Positions 60,095-64,000 of a DNA stretch of 64,000 nucleotides are shown piece by piece (the stretch's first letter is position 1; the number at the start of each line of letters is the position of its first letter). The notes below the pieces were generated by a model. It ran no database searches. It saw only the letters and a program-made list of their open reading frames with translations, and was not told where the DNA came from. Made by a program: the position numbers and the translations under genes. Source of the stretch: Mobula hypostoma (lineage: Eukaryota); assembly GCF_963921235.1 (NCBI RefSeq), contig NC_086107.1, positions 46,252,001 through 46,316,000 of the forward strand, read 5' to 3'.

Positions 60095-61280
60095 GCTACT
60101 GGCCACCACCGACCTCCCCCGCATTCACCTCGAAACTGACCTCCATCCTGGGTCCAAACACCTCTGCTGGGGTCATCGCTGAACCACATTCACACCTCGA
60201 TGCTGGACCAGCCTCGGTGTCCAGCACATAATTCTCAGTAATTTCTGCCATTTCCAGTGGAATCCCACCACCAAGCACATCAACCCTCCCCCCCCCAACA
60301 CTTGCTGCTTTATGCAGAGATCGCTCCCTACGTGACTCCCTTGTCCATTCGTCCCTCCCCACGGATCTCCCTCCTGACATTTACCCTTGCAAGTGAAACA
60401 TGTGCCACATCTGCCCCTATATCTCCTCCTTCACTACCATTCAGGGCCCCAAACTGTCCTTCCAGATGAGGTGACACTTCGCCTGTGAGTCTGTTGGGGT
60501 CCAGTGCTCCCGGTGTGGTCTTCTGTGAGAACCGATGTAGATTGGGAGACCGCTTTGCCGAGCACCTATGCTCTGTTAGCCAGAAAAAGTGAGGTTTCTC
60601 AGTGGCCACCCATTTTAATTCCTATTCCCATTCCCATTCCAGCATGTTAGTCCATGGCCTCCTGTACTGTCGTGATGAGGCCACACTCAGACTGGAGGAA
60701 CAACACCTTATATTCTGTTTGGGTAGCCTCCAACCCGAGTGCATGAACAACGATTTCTCAAACTTCCAGTAATCCTCCCAGCCCCCCATCATTCTCCATT
60801 CCCAATTCTCTCTCTCACCTTATCTCCTTGCCTGCCAATCACCTCCCCTCTGGACGAAGGATCTCGGCCCGAAACGTGGACTGTACCTCTTCCTAGAGAT
60901 GCTGCCTGGCCTGCTGCGTTCACCAGCAACTTTGATGTGTGTTGCTTGAATTTCCAGCATCTGCAGATTTCCTCATGTTTACCTCCCCTCTGGTGCCCCT
61001 TTTCTTTCTTCCATGGCCTTCTCTCCTCCACAATCAGATTCCCCCTTCTCCAGCCCTGTATCTCTTTCCAATCAACTTCCCAGCTCTTTACTTCATCCCT
61101 CCCCCATTCACAGTTTCACGCATCAACTTGTGTTTGTTCCTCCCTACTCCCACCTTCTTAACCTGACTCCTCATCTTTTTTTCTCCAGTCCTGATGAAGG
61201 GCCTTGGCCTGAAACGTGGACTATACCCTTTTCCATAGATACTCCCTGGCCTGCTGAGTTCCTCCAGCATTTTGTGTGTG
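60095..61280 (+). mobile_element. Penelope-like fragments: GIY-YIG end and two tandem pLTR pieces with mutated hammerhead motifs
   Basis: Similar to 51179-52330 and 14196-14653. Motifs at ~60850-60882 and 61187-61222 read GAAACGTGGACT. Confidence 0.8.
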
Positions 61281-61699
61281 TCTCTCTAATCTCCAAGAGG
61301 CAGCTCTCCGGACACAGCAGAGAGCTGGATTCTTCAATCAAGTTTCAAACTGTACGTCACAGGCTCCAACAGTTTTCGTAACAACAACAAGACAAGAAGA
61401 ACAAGCAGAAGGCATAGGAAAAATGAAATAATTGGAGAGATTTGCTACCTGAAAGATGTTGCCCAATGAATCGTTGTTCTCCGGCGCCATGTTGTCCGGA
61501 AGTCCCCGGAAGACAAGAAATTGATGAGGGACAGATTTTGATCTGAGTTAGAAGCTTTGAATTGACAATTCTGAGGATTAGAAACACACAGCTTCTCTTG
61601 GAAGCTGGAAAACACAATATTTTAGGTCTAGGGCTTTGTGTCTAACTGAATGAGAATGATAGATATTTACTGTAGTTGTGAAATGCTGATCTTCAGGCA

Positions 61700-63000
61700 G
61701 TTTAATGCTTATCAAAATGGTCGAGAAGTACGAAAATAATCCAGGAGACATAATTCAGCTTCTGGGAATGTATTATGATATCTTGCCACCATCACAACTA
61801 AGAGATCATCATTTGTTTGAATATCATCCAAGTTGTCCCATTCCATTGTGCCTAGTCTGTGGCCAACAACTTACAAATGCAGCAATGGCTCCAGCAAAAT
61901 TGAAAAGACACTTAACTACAAGTCACAGCCACATGTCACATGAAGGTGCTGATTATTCTTAACGCCTGTTGTAATCTCAAAACAAACAGAGTAAAGCTTT
62001 TGTTAAGGTCACAGTCACTAAAAAGATTCAGGAAGCAAGTTATTTAGTAGCAGAATTTATTGCCCAGAAAGGAAAAGGCACACAGCTGGTGAGAACCTCA
62101 TCATGCCAGCACGTAAAATTACAGTGGGTAAAATGCTAGAACATGGTGCAGTATGAGAAATTGAAAAGGCTTCATTCTCAAACAATATGATAAGTTGACA
62201 GATTGATGACATGTCACATGATACTGAAGAGGTTTTGTGCAATAAACTGAAAAGCAACAACTTTTCTATCCAGGTTGATATGTCAACAGATTTCACCAAT
62301 AAATGTCATGTTGAAGCATTTGGAAGATTTGTAAATGATGGTGAAATTCAAGAAAACTTTCTGTTACAAAGAGCTGCCCGAAACAAGCAAAGGCCAAGAT
62401 ATAGTTAATGTTTGGTCTTCATATCTGGAAACAAGAGGTCGGTCTGTCTTGGAGGCACGGTGTTGACATCTGTACTGATGGTGTCCCATCAATAGTTGGC
62501 TTCATGAGAGGTTTTGTTTCTTTTGTAAAAAATCAAAATGCTGACATTGTCACAATACACTCCTTTATCCTTGCAAATACATTTTCGTGTTGAAAATAGC
62601 ATTAATTAAAATCAATTTGCAAGCTTTATTTAAATTAAATCTACCGAGCCTACTTTTGGAAAAATTTAATCCCATTTTGTCTTAAGCCAGTTCTCTAACA
62701 GAAATGTATTATGTTTGCCATACGAGTTTTTAAAATTTATGAGAGGGAAAGAAAGAGATTAATTTCAAGAAAGTTAAGCTAAGCTTAACTACCTGTTTTT
62801 TTCAAGACAGATTGGCCAAAAATTCATTCTGTACTCAAAAGAGCATTGACAATTATTTTTGGATTATTATATCCACATCTTACTGATCAAGCTAATGTAT
62901 TGTGAGCTGTAGATATAATAGTTTTTACTCAGGGGTTCCCTGAGACATGAAAATTATTTCAAGTATTCCTTCAGGTCAATAAGGTTGAGAAAGGCTGCTA
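61700..63000 (+). mobile_element. hAT Charlie/Buster (ZBED5/SCAND3-like) transposase remnant
   Basis: PLCLVCGQQLTNAAMAPAKLKRHLTTSH, FSIQVDMSTD and ICTDG motifs in broken frames; TIR-like AAGGTTGAGAAAGGCTG near 62982-62998. Confidence 0.8.
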
Positions 63001-63214
63001 TATGGTGAATGAGTTTCGCATGTACTGCCCCTCCCCAGGCATTAGCAATCAACTATGGGTTGAAGATTGAATACAAGTCCTTACAAGTTGCTGGCAGATT
63101 GGGTGCTCAACACTATAAAAGTTTACCTTGCACACAGATTCTCAGAATTTTCAACTAAACATATTTGCATGTTTTTAAAGTATTATTCATTTTTTCTCAA
63201 CATGAAATGATATT

Positions 63215-63865
63215 AGATTAGATTAGATATTAGATTATGAGGACACGCAGTCCTCTTTTATTGTCATTTAGTAATGCATGCATAAAGAAATGATACAATG
63301 TTTTTCCAGAATGATATCACGGAAACACATGACAAACCGACTTAAAAACTGACAAAAACCACATAATTATAACACATAGTTACAACAGTGCAAAGCAATA
63401 CTGTAATTTGATAAGAACAGACCATGGGCACGGTAAAAGTCTCAAAGTCCCTCGAAAGTCCCATCATCTCACGCAGACGGTGAACCTCCAGCGCCGTCAA
63501 CTTGCCGATGCAGCATACTGGAAGCATCCGACCACAGTCCGACTCCGAGTCCGTCTGAAAACTCCAAGCCTCCAACCAGCTCTCCGACACCGAGCACCGA
63601 GCACCATCTCTGCCGAGCACTTTGACCCCGGCCCCGGCAACAGGCAATAGGCAAAGCCAAGGATTTGAGGCCTTCGTCTCCGGAGATTCTCGATCACACA
63701 GTAGCAACGGCAGTGAAGCGGGCATTTCAGAAGTTACTCCAGGTGTTCCTCCATGCTTCTCACTCTGTCTCCATCAAATACGGATTGTGCACAGCCCCCT
63801 GGTTAACACATACGATATCCATTCGGAACGGCTGCGTGCGCTGCGTCGCACCGCCAGCTTCTCTT
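63215..63865 (-). mobile_element. LINE 3' end / long 3' UTR with (ATTAG)n tail
   Basis: (ATTAG)n at ~63212-63238 followed by tcctcttttattgtc, the same tail layout as other LINE ends here. Confidence 0.5.
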
Positions 63866-64000
63866 CCCTCCTTTCCCATTAAATAAATTCTTTAACTCTT
63901 TTTAAAAATTGTTTGAACAATTATTTATAACTAAATTGAACAGATCAACAGTTCTGTGGGTGCAGCACTTATCCTGCGAGACAGAGCTTACGTTGCCAGT

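Overview
Vertebrate genomic DNA, most likely a cartilaginous fish (inferred from the repeat repertoire), consisting mostly of transposable elements, with one assembly gap at 10721-11340. It holds one host gene that the ORF track misses because it is spliced: a + strand B7-family Ig gene resembling NCR3LG1/B7-H6. Its exons are signal peptide 21832-21880, IgV 25025-25363, IgC1 34386-34706, TM 41470-41562, and probable tail exons 45496-45552 and 45644-45663, giving about 292 aa with all introns phase 1 and GT-AG. The rest is CR1, Rex1/Babar-like, L1/Tx1-like and Penelope-like retroelements, three Gypsy-type LTR elements plus a solo LTR, Tc1 and hAT elements, and a tRNA-derived SINE, often nested. 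The most unusual items are: (i) a young antisense Gmr1-type LTR element in intron 3 with a single stop-free 982-aa ORF (Gag and protease motifs intact, integrase and RT deleted or catalytically dead); (ii) Penelope-like fold-back insertions carrying hammerhead ribozyme motifs; (iii) an unexplained 152-bp hairpin just upstream of the IgV exon. No prokaryotic systems, CRISPR arrays, rRNA or true tRNA genes were seen. All identifications come from reading motifs by eye; no database searches were run.
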